The notes: generated by a model not told the origin, from the letters alone. Counted from the stretch's first letter, positions 10,792 through 23,145 are shown. The stretch: DNA of 64,000 nucleotides from Diplonema japonicum (GCA_964019335.1 OZ025696.1:186001-250000); one strand, 5' to 3'. A program made the numbers and translations.

Positions 10792-13766
10792 TCACGACCG
10801 CATGAGCTTCGGGGAGTAGGTGTCGAGCCTGTGGAGGTGGTTGTCCTTTATGAGTGAGGATGGGTGGGCATCGTGGACGACAGAGGCGGCGATCAGGGTG
10901 GATCGTTCCACCTTCTCCACGGGGTTCACACTGCGCTGTACCACTGTGTCCATGAGCGTCAGGTCGAAGCAGTGTGTTGCCGCCACCACCACGTGCAGTG
11001 AAGCCTCCTCCACGGGCAGTGCCCCAGACCGCGTCAGCGAATCCAGCAGGTCGAACGCTTTGTTCCGTTCCTCCTTCTGCCCCTCCCCGTCCAGCACCTG
11101 TTCCTCCGCAGGGCTCAGCAGCGTCTTCTGTCCCTTCCGTTTCCACTGTTTCCCTGTCTTTATGATCGTGGGCCGCAGGCAGTTGTCCTCGTCGAACTCC
11201 TTGTACCTCCCTTCCAGCTTTTCCGGCAGTTTGCTGATGTCTCCTTTCTCCTCACAAACATTCCCATTCATCCTCAGCTCTGACTCTTCCGGACTTACGG
11301 GATCGTCCGAATCTTGCGTTACTGGCTTTTGGCTTGCTTTAGATGTCGACCCTCGACCTTGCTTCTGCATAGTTTGCCCGCTCCTGTTCTCTCCGGCATT
11401 GCAATCATTTGTCTTGTTGTCCACCACGTCGACTGCCTCGCATTCTTTTACCGTTGTACATAACTCCGATGAACACTGAGCAACTTCAGGTGGTGATGGG
11501 ACAACGCAATACATCCATTCAGATGCCATGGCCAATTCTTCCTCTCGTCTCTTCCTTTCTTCCTCCTCACGCCTCCTTTCCTCTTCTTCCTTCAACCTCT
11601 TCAACTCAGCGATTCTCCTCTGCTCCTCAAGGATCTCGTCCTTCGCTTCTTGTATTACTGCCTTCATCGCCTCCACACGGCCCCGAACCGCCTCCACCTT
11701 GTGGGCTGTGGGAACCTCGTCCTCGTCATCCAGGAAGTCAGCTTGGAAGGACAGGAGGTCGCTGGAGATGTTGTGGTCGACGAAGAGCTCCAGGAGGTCC
11801 TCTGTGAGGCGGAGCTCCTTCGTCAGAGCCCCTTGAGGGAGGTTCAGGACACGCTCCAGCTGCGGCTTCACCTGCAAAACGCACACCCCGAACAGTGTTG
11901 CTTCCATCTGCATCGACCTGTTTTGTTTTGATTTGATTTGAATTTAACTTGTTTGTTCTTTTCTTTGAAAATTAAATTAAACAAAAACCTGTAAGCCTTT
12001 GCAAAGCGCTGCTGCTCAGGTGACAAGGACTCGACTGCGTCTTCGAACTCCTTCGGTGTCGGGATCTGTTCCAGCTCGAGGGGAACCCGGAGTTCGTCCT
12101 TGTTTCGAACCAGGATCGCGTGCTCTGGGAGGAACAGGTCCCTGCCCCCGATCCGACCGATTGCGAGGACGAACCCGCTGAACTGCCTCGCCCGCGCCAC
12201 CAGCTCCAAGGGACGACCCGCCTCCTCCGTCGAGAAGCGGTGCCGCACGTACGCGTGCACGAACCGTTCCCCGCCGAACGACACCTCTGCCGCCGCGTTC
12301 AAGGCAAACCGCATCCTGCCTGTGCTGATTCTCCTTCCCGAAAGGGAAAGGCACCGCGCTGTCGTCATCACAGGAACCGAGCCTTCCTCCACCGCCACCA
12401 CCCCCTCGGGGTCGTGCCCGTCCCGCCTCACCGCATAGCAGAACTCCCGCGGTGCCACCTCTTCCAAGAAGAGCTTCCGGTTGTGGAACCGCATGTATCG
12501 CCCAAAGTCCTCCGAGGTCACCTCCCGCCCGAGCGCCGCCACCAGCTGCCTCATCAGCATTCCCTCCACGAAGTCTAGCCCCGTCTCCGTCCACTCCGCC
12601 ACCTCTTCAACGTGTCGCAAGACCGCCACGAGAACCCCTTCTGTTTTTGAGACGAGTCCCCCTTCCCCACCACCGAAGGCCTTCTCCACCCCTCCAGTCC
12701 ACTCCTGCAGGCTCCTCGCCTCTTCCTCGAGGAATGCCTCCAGGTCCGACCACCCGAGAACCCTCCCAGTGAGGTCGTCAGCCTCTGTCGTTGTTGTTGT
12801 TGTTGCCGTTGCTGCTACAGTTGCGGCATCGGGAGGGGACACCAATGCTAGCTTCTCAGATAAATCTTTTTTCTTCCTCTCGTTCAAGAAAAGCAACAAT
12901 TCACTTTCTCTCCTCAACTGCTCCACTTGCTTTGCCACTTGAAGGATGGGAAGAATAGGAACGAAGACCCTCTCGCTTGTGGTCTGAAGAAGGGTGAGGT
13001 CCAACCCGTGTTCAGGCTCGACTGGGAAGACATCCTCCTCGAAATAGACCCTCACAGACTTGCACCACCGCGACAGCTCGCTGAAGAAGGAAAGGGCCCC
13101 CTCCACCGCAGTGTTCCTCCTCGGGGTGTAACAGCCTGCCGCATTCCTGTCGATCCCAAACTCCACCTCCAAGTCCCCGTTCACCTGTTCCAGAAGCCAG
13201 CTCACGTCCACATCCAACGCGTCCTGCACACTCCGCGAGGGACGAGGCGACTCCTCACACAGCGTCTTCACCTTCGCCGCCCCCTTCCCCTCTCGCAAGA
13301 TCCTCTTCTTCGCCTGCCGGTCTGTCCCGCCAAAAGCCCGCAGCTCCCACCTTCCCTCCACGTCCCAGAAGTGCTCCTCCACCGTTGTCACAGTCTTCGT
13401 CTTCATCCTTAATAGCCCCATGATGCCAACAGCTGAACCTTTCTTCTCTTCCACCTCCCGGCTCGTCTTTCTGTCAAACGTGCACTTCTCCTCCCTGCAC
13501 AGCGACAGAATCACACGCCTCTCCTTGCTCCACTCCTTCAGCTCCCTCAAACCCTCCCTCTGTAGCCCCAGCTGCTGCAGGGAGTTCAGGGCCGCCCCGC
13601 AAGCCCCGCGCACCATGAACTCCGCAAGGGCGTACTTGTCGCCGTACGAGTGAGGCACATCGCTCCCAAAACCCACCGCTCGGTTCTGTGCCAACACCCG
13701 CTCCACGCACCGCAGGCCCCGAAGCACCTTCGACCGCACAAGCTCTTCCTCAAGGTATGAGGGCAT
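10792..13766 (-). CDS. Tandem family copy B: exons 13766-11989, 11917-10792 (~967 aa); low-complexity middle cassette with no SNARE motif
   Basis: Near-identical N- and C-terminal blocks to copies A and C; same 71-nt intron. Confidence 0.8.
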
Positions 13767-14717
13767 CTTGCCCTGATTTGAATTGTAAAAATGCACAGTA
13801 AATCTCTTAATTTTGTCAAGGTCCTGGAAAAAGAGTCCCTCCTTTTTTCTAGTATTTTATTTTTTCATGCCACCTTTCCTTATCGCCTAGGCCTGGGAAG
13901 GATAAGATTGGAAACAGGCGTCTATCCCTACACAGCAACGCTAGACAAGGTGGGTATCAGTAAGGCCTACTTGGTAGGGACTATAAGGTGCGCAAGACAC
14001 AGAACAGAGGTTTCCATGACTTTTATAAGCACAAAACAACACTTATGCAGCGCGGCGTACGAAATCTTTCGCACGAAATGTCAACACAGCAAAACAAAAA
14101 ACAAAAAAGGACGGTTAGAAGAAAAAAAACTAGAGAGAGCGTTGCAGCATTTCTTTTGAAAAGCTGCAAACAAAGCAAAGCACTATTTGAAAAATATTCA
14201 ATCGTTTTAAAAGCAAACACGGAAGCTTATTTTCCATGGTGCCCATCCTGGTTGACACAATTCATGATGCCCACAGTAGTAGCTTGCGTACACATGAGGT
14301 TGGTGTTGCTTTATCCACCTTTACACTTCTCTTATTTTTCTCGTTCCCCCCCCCCCCCCCCTCCCCTCCCTTCTATTCTACTCGAAGACCCATGTACACT
14401 TTTCAGCAAGTATGGAAGAAAGATAAAAAAAAGGAAAATAGGTCTGCAACGTTGAGGGTAAGGCAGGCAAACACCTGCCCCTTGCCAGCACGACTGCATA
14501 AACTTCGGGGGGGTAGGCGGCGAGCCTGTAGAGTTGGTAGGCATCCGAACAATCGACGTTCCTTTTCTTTATTGTTTTTTTGGTGCAATGTGGCTAGGGA
14601 GATGTTTCTCTTTTCTTTTCTTTTCTTTTTCTTTTTCTTTTTCTTTTTCTTTTTCTTTTCTTTTCTTTTTCTTTTTCTTTCTCACCTTCAATCTAGAGAG
14701 TTGTTGTGGTATGGAGC

Positions 14718-17700
14718 TCACGACCGCATGAGCTTCGGGGAGTAAGTGTCGAGCCTGTGGAGGTGGCTGTCCTTTATGAGTGAGGATGGGTGGGCATCGT
14801 GGACGACAGAGGCGGCGATCAGGGTGGATCGTTCCACCTTCTCCACGGGGTTCACACTGCGCTGTACCACTGTGTCCATGAGCGTCAGGTCGAAGCAGTG
14901 TGTTGCCGCCACCACCACGTGCAGTGAAGCCTCCTCCACGGGCAGTGCCCCAGACCGCGTCAGCGAATCCAGCAGGTCGAACGCTTTGTTCCGTTCCTCC
15001 TTCTGCCCCTCCCCGTCCAGCACCTGTTCCTCCGCAGGGCTCAGCAGCGCCTTCTGTCCCTTCCGTTTCCACTGTTTCCCTGTCTTTATGATCGTGGGCC
15101 GCAGGCAGTTGTCCTCGTCGAACTCCTTGTATTTCTCTTCCAGCTTCTCTGGCAGCTTGCTGATGTCTCCTTCCTCTTCATAAACAATCTCTCTTCCCTC
15201 TTCTCTTTTTCCCTCCTCCTCGTGCTTTTCTTCTTCTTGTTGCTCTGTTTTCTCAGAATCCTTGGCTTCCGTTTCAACTGCCTCTGCTGTGTCCTGTGCA
15301 TCCATCTTCTCGGTATGCTGTTCCTCATTCTTTTGTTCTGTCTTCTCCGCTACTGTTTCAACTGCCACTGGTCCACATGATTCAACTGCCTCAAGATGTG
15401 CACCATCAGATGGATTCTTCCCTCCCGTGCTGCTGCTGAAGAAGTTGGGAAGACCAAAGCCTTTTTTCTTCACCTTCTTAGCTTGCTTATAGAAGGTCTT
15501 CGACTGTACTGAAAGATCTTCGCACGCATTCATACAGTCTATCATCTCAGACCTTTCTAGCATTTGGTCTATGTTCTGCATCATTGTGTCGCGAACTTCT
15601 TGCAGTTCACGCGTTATCCTTTCCACTTTTGCAACCTCATCGACTCTCTGCCTTTCTTCTTCCTCTCGTCTCTTCCTTTCTTCCTCCTCACGCCTCCTTT
15701 CCTCTTCTTCCTTCAACCTCTTCAACTCAGCGATTCTCCTCTGCTCCTCAAGGATCTCGTCCTTCGCTTCTTGTATTACTGCCTTCATCGCCTCCACACG
15801 GCCCCGAACCGCCTCCACCTTGTGGGCTGTGGGAACCTCGTCCTCGTCATCCAGGAAGTCAGCTTGGAAGGACAGGAGGTCGCTGGAGATGTTGTGGTCG
15901 ACGAAGAGCTCCAGGAGGTCCTCTGTGAGGCGGAGCTCCTTCGTCAGAGCCCCTTGAGGGAGGTTCAGGACACGCTCCAGCTGCGGCTTCACCTGCAAAA
16001 CGCACACCCCGAACAGTGTTGCTTCCATCTGCATCGACCTGTTTTGTTTTGATTTGATTTGAATTTAACTTGTTTGTTCTTTTCTTTGAAAATTAAATTA
16101 AACAAAAACCTGTAAGCCTTTGCAAAGCGCTGCTGCTCAGGTGACAAGGACTCGACTGCGTCTTCGAACTCCTTCGGTGTCGGGATCTGTTCCAGCTCGA
16201 GGGGAACCCGGAGTTCGTCCTTGTTTCGAACCAGGATCGCGTGCTCTGGGAGGAACAGGTCCCTGCCCCCGATCCGACCGATTGCGAGGACGAACCCGCT
16301 GAACTGCCTCGCCCGCGCCACCAGCTCCAAGGGACGACCCGCCTCCTCCGTCGAGAAGCGGTGCCGCACGTACGCGTGCACGAACCGTTCCCCGCCGAAC
16401 GACACCTCTGCCGCCGCGTTCAAGGCAAACCGCATCCTGCCTGTGCTGATTCTCCTTCCCGAAAGGGAAAGGCACCGCGCTGTCGTCATCACAGGAACCG
16501 AGCCTTCCTCCACCGCCACCACCCCCTCGGGGTCGTGCCCGTCCCGCCTCACCGCATAGCAGAACTCCCGCGGTGCCACCTCTTCCAAGAAGAGCTTCCG
16601 GTTGTGGAACCGCATGTATCGCCCAAAGTCCTCCGAGGTCACCTCCCGCCCGAGCGCCGCCACCAGCTGCCTCATCAGCATTCCCTCCACGAAGTCTAGC
16701 CCCGTCTCCGTCCACTCCGCCACCTCTTCAACGTGTCGCAAGACCGCCACGAGAACCCCTTCTGTTTTTGAGACGAGTCCCCCTTCCCCACCACCGAAGG
16801 CCTTCTCCACCCCTCCAGTCCACTCCTGCAGGCTCCTCGCCTCTTCCTCGAGGAATGCCTCCAGGTCCGACCACCCGAGAACCCTCCCAGTGAGGTCGTC
16901 AGCCTCTGTCGTTGTTGTTGCTGTTGTTGTTGTTGCCGTTGCTGCTGCTACAGTTGCAGCATCGGGGGGGGACACCAAAGCGAGACTCCTGCTTGAGGTC
17001 TTCTTCTTCTCCATCTCTCTCAAGAGGGGTTCCTCCCTCCTCAACTGCTCCACTTGCTTTGCCACTTGAAGGATGGGAAGAACAGGAACGAAGACCCTCT
17101 CGCTTGTGGTCTGAAGAAGGGTGAGGTCCAACCCGTGTTCAGGCTCGACTGGGAAGACATCCTCCTCGAAATAGACCCTCACAGACTTGCACCACCGCGA
17201 CAGCTCGCTAAAGAAGGAAAGGGCCCCCTCCACCGCAGTGTTCCTCCTCGGGGTGTAACAGCCTGCCGCGTTCCTGTCGATCCCAAACTCCACCTCCAAG
17301 TCCCCGTTCACCTGTTCCAGAAGCCAGCTCACGTCCACATCCAACGCGTCCTGCACACTCCGCGAGGGACGAGGCGACTCCTCACACAGCGTCTTCACCT
17401 TCGCCGCCCCCTTCCCCTCTCGCAAGATCCTCTTCTTCGCCTGCCGGTCTGTCCCGCCAAAAGCCCGCAGCTCCCACCTTCCCTCCACGTCCCAGAAGTG
17501 CTCCTCCACCGTTGTCACAGTCTTCGTCTTCATCTTCAGCAGCCCTGCCACCACTCCCGCCTTCACCGTGCTAGCTCCCTCCACCTCCCGCCTCGTCTTT
17601 CTGTCAAACGTGCACTTCTCTTCTCTCCACAGCGACAGAATCACACGCCTCTCCTTGCTCCACTCCTTCAGCTCCCTCAAACCCTCCCTCTGTAGCCCCA

Positions 17701-17896
17701 GCTGCTGCAGGGAGTTCAGGGCCGCCCCGCAAGCCCCGCGCACCATGAACTCCGCAAGGGCGTACTTGTCGCCGTACGAGTGAGGCACATCGCTCCCAAA
17801 ACCCACCGCTCGGTTCTGTGCCAGCACCCGCTCCACGCACCGCAGGCCCCGAAGCACCTTCGACCGCACAAGCTCCTCCTCAAGGTACGAGGGCAT
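14718..17896 (-). CDS. Tandem family copy C: exons 17896-16110, 16038-14718 (~1035 aa); cassette carries a Ykt6/VAMP-like R-SNARE motif
   Basis: KVERITRELQEVRDTMMQNIDQMLERSEMID...EDLSVQSKTFYKQAKK resembles the synaptobrevin coil with zero-layer R; same 71-nt intron. Confidence 0.8.
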
Positions 17897-18342
17897 CTTG
17901 TCCTGATTTGAAGTTATGCGTCGTACGATGATAATGCTCAATATACTGTAAACTACTTAATTTTGTCAAGGAAGAAAAATGTCCCGGAAAGTTCGTCTCT
18001 TGATGTCTGCTTCCTCTTCACAAACATACCCTCACCTCTGGAGCACCTTCGACTGCATACCTATCCTCAAGGCGACATTGTGTAGTGTTCTTATTAGCTG
18101 GGAGATGAATACCAAGTATAGCTGAAGCTGTAAACGAAGAAGCAAATAATCCAAAGAAATGATCCCTTAAAATATCGCTGTATAAGCAAGCATTTACTTT
18201 TTTTTATTCACACTTTGTTAGAAGAGACATTGGAAAAAGGACATTCGTTCTCGCAGGCCGTTCGCCGACAACGACTCAGCGCTGTGTGCATTTGATTTCC
18301 TTTTTTTTTTTTTCTTTCTTTTTTTCTTACGGGTTTATATAT

Positions 18343-19338
18343 TTACTGCAAACTACGGTATTTTGCGACGATTCTGGTGAGGAGTTCCAGGTCTGTGATT
18401 TTATCGCTTTTTGTAGACGCTGGAGCGGTTGGCTTGCTCCTTCGGTAGGTGGAGTTGGGGCCAAGCCAGAGCTCCTCGGGGATGTTTTCTTCAAAAAGGC
18501 GGCGGTGCAGTTGTTTTCTTTTTTCTTCAACGTAGGCCGTGTCGGCAGGTGAAAGGCCGAAGCTTAAAATGTGCCCCCGCAGGGGGGCGTCGCCCCCGGC
18601 ACGAATGAGCTCAACCATAGTCTCGAACTCCTGATGCTGTCTCGCGATCTCCGGCAAGCTCTTGTTCTTTGTGTAAGGATTAAAGGGAGCAACGGTAGCT
18701 CCCGCCTTCAACATGGCGGACACGTGCTCAGGTTTACGAATCAAGGCGAACTCAAGTAACGGGTAAGAAGCGTCGATTTGTTCAGTATTGGGGACAGGAG
18801 TAGACCAGTCGAATCCTTGCACCCCGATATCCATTATCATGTCTACCTCGTCATACATTTTTCCTCGCAGGGCCCAGTACAGGAATCTTTTCCGATCGGC
18901 AAGCGAGCATTTCAAGATATTCTTGCGTGTATTTTCGTTGGCCGGAGGGAGGCTACAGGCGGCCACTATGCTAACACGCCTTTTGGTCATAACGTTTGAC
19001 TTTATCGCCCCTGCTTCTATCAGCCTTTCCACCATTTTTGTTTCTCCCCTTCTTATAAGGGAAAGGAGCACTCCGTCCTGCCACAATACTGAAGACGCAT
19101 CGGCCCGAGCACCATGATCCAACATTATCTCGGCCATTTTTAAGAAGTTCTTCTGGATGGCGATTGAGAATAAAGTGTCGGTCTCGCGGCCCAACGAGTC
19201 GAAGCGTTTCTGATTAGGGTCGCATCGTTCCATTAAAAGCTTCTCCACCTGGTCGGTCGCGCCTTTGGTGACGCACCGCTCGAACAAAGGTGCTTTGATG
19301 TGTGTCAAACACAGCCGCCTTGAGACCTTGCGAAACAT
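18343..19338 (-). CDS. Divergent ankyrin-repeat protein, possible mitochondrial presequence
   Basis: MFRKVSRRL start; repeated ...LLxxGA ankyrin-like units. Confidence 0.7.
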   Translation of the reverse strand: MFRKVSRRLCLTHIKAPLFERCVTKGATDQVEKLLMERCDPNQKRFDSLGRETDTLFSIAIQKNFLKMAEIMLDHGARADASSVLWQDGVLLSLIRRGETKMVERLIEAGAIKSNVMTKRRVSIVAACSLPPANENTRKNILKCSLADRKRFLYWALRGKMYDEVDMIMDIGVQGFDWSTPVPNTEQIDASYPLLEFALIRKPEHVSAMLKAGATVAPFNPYTKNKSLPEIARQHQEFETMVELIRAGGDAPLRGHILSFGLSPADTAYVEEKRKQLHRRLFEENIPEELWLGPNSTYRRSKPTAPASTKSDKITDLELLTRIVAKYRSLQ

Positions 19339-19751
19339 CTTTTTTCCCCTCTTTTTTTTTCCCTCCCCCTCTTCTCTCCCCCCACCTCCCCAACCCTCGC
19401 GCTTTTGTAAAGTGTATTCCAAATAATTCTTTTTTCTTTTTGGAGCCCAAATAAAAACTTTATTCGGGCCCCCCCACCCTTTTTTTTTTTACACCTTTTT
19501 TTTGCTCGAACCAACTCCTGGCGGCAGAATAATAATGAAAGAAAAAGAAAAGGCGATGTTTAAAGGGCAAATCCCACTTGAGGACCACCCTTGGGGGAGG
19601 GGTCCATCCTTTGAAAAAAGAAAACTAGGAAAAGCACGCATTTCTTTTTTTTTTTTTTTGTTTTGTTTTTTTTGCGGTGTGAACTTTTCTATAAAGTTTG
19701 GGCGTTAAAAAAAAAAAAAGAAGAATGACTTTGGTTCGCTTCATAAACCGC

Positions 19752-19784
<33 letters not shown>

Positions 19785-19786
<2 letters not shown>

Positions 19787-20010
19787 TGTAAACGGCGAAA
19801 AAAGTGGTTTTATTTTTCACGACTCTCTGAAATTACTTCACTATGAGGGGGCAAAAGACGGCAACAAGAGAGGGGTTAGGTTACACCACTGGCACCATCT
19901 TTGATCGGCTTGGAACTGAACCGAGGCAAAAGTTGGCCTCCTCCGAGGCATGTGCCACCGTGTAAGTATAATGAGCCCCGAGAGCGTGAAGTAATTTCAA
20001 AAAGAGTGAA
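19785..20010 (-). mobile_element. Internally deleted copy of the hairpin-ended element family
   Basis: Blocks reverse-complementary to 55921-56510 and collinear with 59730-60117. Confidence 0.6.
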
Positions 20011-20296
20011 AAACTAGGGAAAACTCGGGGATGTCAGCAAGTCACAGCAAATCTTTTTCACTGCCGACCCCCCTTTTTTTGCAAAGAAGTTTTTTTTTTC
20101 TTTTTCTTTTTTTTTTTCTATTCTTTTTTTGGGCGGGGGGGGGTGTTACTTTCTTTGGCAGAGTTTGTCTTTCTGTCTAAAAAGAAAAAAAAGACCGCAC
20201 TTTTGCATCAAAGAACGAAGAACCTATGATAAAAAGGGCCTGTGATGTGAGATACACATCACAGCCCCCCTTTTTTTTTCCTTTTTCTTTTTACTC

Positions 20297-21037
20297 CTAG
20301 TTTGTGGAGTCGGTAATTGCTCGCTTGCTGGCAAGCTCCCAACGGGTGCGACCCTCATCTTTGTACTCAACTGTGTATTGTCCAAATGTATAATACTTAT
20401 CATCGTCGTCCTTGCGGCGTTCCTCCCTCCCGCGGTGCCTCGCGTCTTGCCAGCGTTTCGCTGCTTCAGCCGCATACTCATCCTCAAATTCCTTCTGGGT
20501 GTAATAGATACCGTCGGCGTCCTTCCGTACCTCCCGTTCTTTGGCCTTTGCCCATTCAACCGCTGCGTTGTCGCCACCATGTTGTTCTTCGAACCCGCTG
20601 TAGGTTCTTATAGTGCCGCATGCGTCAAATCGCGTTTCTTGTGATTCTTCCTCTTGCTCTTCTTTTTTTTCTTCCGTTTTTTCTTCTTCTTCTTCCTCAT
20701 GGGTTTGTATTTGAGCTGCCGTCCACATCTTATCCGCTCGTTTTCCGTAATATTCGCAGAAGCCATCCCACGTGTAAGGTTGTCCGTCCGGGGCGTACCT
20801 CTTCTGGTCCGTCACCTCGTGGAGCCATTCTAGAGCCCGCTGCATGTTTTTCCACCTGCTGTGCTGTCCTCGCTTGTTGTGCATCACAATGGCGAACTCC
20901 TTGACGTCGGGACACACCTCCAACCATTCCTCCTTGCTGCTCGGTGTGGGCCCGAACGTGTCCAGCATTTCGAAGTGATCCAACTCCTTCCACAAGTCCT
21001 CCAGGGCATACTCCCATTTGTCTGCTGTTTTCGTCAT
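20297..21037 (-). CDS. Protein with four ~32-aa E.R.D.DG..YT..F..Y......W..A repeats
   Basis: Four aligned repeats visible in the translation; ATG 21037. Confidence 0.75.
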   Translation of the reverse strand: MTKTADKWEYALEDLWKELDHFEMLDTFGPTPSSKEEWLEVCPDVKEFAIVMHNKRGQHSRWKNMQRALEWLHEVTDQKRYAPDGQPYTWDGFCEYYGKRADKMWTAAQIQTHEEEEEEKTEEKKEEQEEESQETRFDACGTIRTYSGFEEQHGGDNAAVEWAKAKEREVRKDADGIYYTQKEFEDEYAAEAAKRWQDARHRGREERRKDDDDKYYTFGQYTVEYKDEGRTRWELASKRAITDSTN

Positions 21038-21062
21038 GTTAAAAAACAAAAAAAAAAAACTT

Positions 21063-21097
<35 letters not shown>

Positions 21098-21098
<1 letters not shown>

Positions 21099-21755
21099 CC
21101 ATAACACTCCGGGGCCTATCTACATAGGGGTGCCTTTTTTGCTCCTTTTCATAATTTGACGGGGAAAATGGCAGCATTTAACCCCCGTTTGCAGGTAAAA
21201 CGGGTTTTTTGGACTGCCGTCTGGGCACGCCGCAAACCCATTATAATGCTCAATCCGAGAAAGCGGTGGAGTCCTGGGTCGAAATCTTATCAATCTCAGC
21301 GTCCTAAGATAATGCTTGTTTGTATCTTCTTGGATGACGTCTGTGAACTTCTTATCAAAAAACCGAAGGAATAATCATTTTGCGTCGTCAGGTTTCTGCG
21401 TACCACGGGACAGCTTTTTTCCCCCACCGGCCTATTTTATGGTCTCTATGGGTACCAACTCCCTTACCCATGAAGGTTGGACCTCGTCCGTAGCTGTTTT
21501 GGCTTTACCTTTGCGTTTTTTGGACACAGTCTGCACACCCGTTATTTTGCGTTTTTTCGCCTATCCACTGATTTGGGACCCACTTGGTGGGTGGATAACA
21601 AGGTAAAGTGATGCAGTGCAACATGAATTGCAGTTGAAAATAACTCCTCACTATAGTCGTTCTTGGAGATCCAGGGGTCGTGGGGACGAAAAAGTACTTA
21701 GAGAAAAAAACGATTTTTCAAAACGACAAATATTAGCGCCTTGGAGTGTTATGGG
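21098..21755. mobile_element. piggyBac-type MITE, family 1
   Basis: TIRs CCCATAACACTCC / GGAGTGTTATGGG; right flank TTAA, left flank TAAA; second copy inverted at 63211-63782. Confidence 0.8.
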
Positions 21756-21792
21756 TTAAACAAACAAAAAAAAAAAAAAGAAAAAAGAAAAG

Positions 21793-22473
21793 TCAAATAA
21801 CCCCTTGCATGAGGTCGGAATACAAACGCGTGACCACCCTGTTGGAGGTTCTCATGAACGCTGTGTTGTTTATAAAAGTGATGTCTCTGATGTCCATGTC
21901 ATCAGGCATCGACAGGCTGCCCTGCACTACAGGAGTGGTGGGGTTGCTAATATCGAGCAATACGATTCCATTTCGCCTGCAACATACAAACAACTTCCCG
22001 TGGCGGCTCGCCATCCCCGAAGCGTGGGGGACAGCAACGGTAGCTGAAGGGGAGGTTGAATTGAGTGCATAGGCTGTTACAACGTTACTGGATATACTGT
22101 ATAGGGCCTCTCCTGAGTGATGTACTGTATACGCAGAGAGGGGTATGCACCCCAAGGGACGCATTGACATGTCACACAACAAGATGCAATCGACGGCTGC
22201 TAAGAAGTAGGTCCCGTTGTTCTCTGCAGCGTCACGAATGGAGAAGTCCTCCAGCTTTATGTGATCTTGGCCATGAACCACTCCTTCGGTCCGGCAGCAT
22301 GCGACAAGTTTGTTATCTTCAAGTAGCAATACCCCACTTGGCATATGCAGTCCCTCCACACGCTTTACCACACAGCCACTTGTATCGAGTACTGCAACAG
22401 TACCCTCCATCCACTCTGACACCGCAACATGCCTACCATTGCTTGTTATGTAATGGCCGTCTCCTAATTTCAT
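21793..22473 (-). CDS. LVIVD-like / beta-propeller protein
   Basis: GIVLLDISNPTTPVVQGSL matches the LVIVD repeat; strand-rich repeats. Confidence 0.65.
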   Translation of the reverse strand: MKLGDGHYITSNGRHVAVSEWMEGTVAVLDTSGCVVKRVEGLHMPSGVLLLEDNKLVACCRTEGVVHGQDHIKLEDFSIRDAAENNGTYFLAAVDCILLCDMSMRPLGCIPLSAYTVHHSGEALYSISSNVVTAYALNSTSPSATVAVPHASGMASRHGKLFVCCRRNGIVLLDISNPTTPVVQGSLSMPDDMDIRDITFINNTAFMRTSNRVVTRLYSDLMQGVI

Positions 22474-22489
22474 TGGAGTTCAGGACGAC

Positions 22490-22522
<33 letters not shown>

Positions 22523-22565
22523 CTTTTTTTTTTCATTTTTTGGTTTGAAATGAATGAAGTGTAAA

Positions 22566-22602
<37 letters not shown>

Positions 22603-22880
22603 AAAAGAAATTAAAAAAAACAAAAAGACCTTCCGCGCCCAATTGTTTTTCGAATACAGTATGCTTTTCTTTTTTTTTTTTTTTTTCTAAAAAAAAGTCT
22701 AGGGAATCTATTTGACAATAAAAAAAGAAAAAAAAAGTAACACGGGGGTGGGAGGGAGGGTCGTTCTTTTTTATGAGAATTCATTGACATGTAAAAAAAA
22801 ACAAAACAAAACAAAAAAAATCAAAAGGTTTACAATTTTCTTTTTTTTTTTTTTCTCTCTCTCTTTTTTTTTTTTTTTTC

Positions 22881-23140
22881 CCGGGTAAAACCTGGAGAAA
22901 TATTTGTCAAACCCGAAACAACGTTTCCAACGTTCCGTTTGTTTAGACAAGTCAATGACTCGTTCGTTGCAAAAAAAAAAAAAAAAAAAAAAAAGAATAT
23001 CTATAATAAAAATAAAAAAAAGAGGAACTGGCCGTTGTTTGTACGTGCCGGGTAAAACCTGGAGAAGTTTGCCAACCCGAAACACGTTGCCAACGTTCCC
23101 CTTTTGTTTAGACAAGTCAAAGATTCGTTCTTGCAAAAAA
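22881..23140 (+). repeat. Two tandem copies of a ~95-bp A-tailed short repeat (related copies ~4740-4790 minus, ~48870-48970, ~54483-54575 minus)
   Basis: CCGGGTAAAACCTGGAGAA...TTGTTTAGACAAGTCAA.GA.TCGTTC.TGCAAAAAA. Confidence 0.7.
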
Positions 23141-23145
23141 GAACA

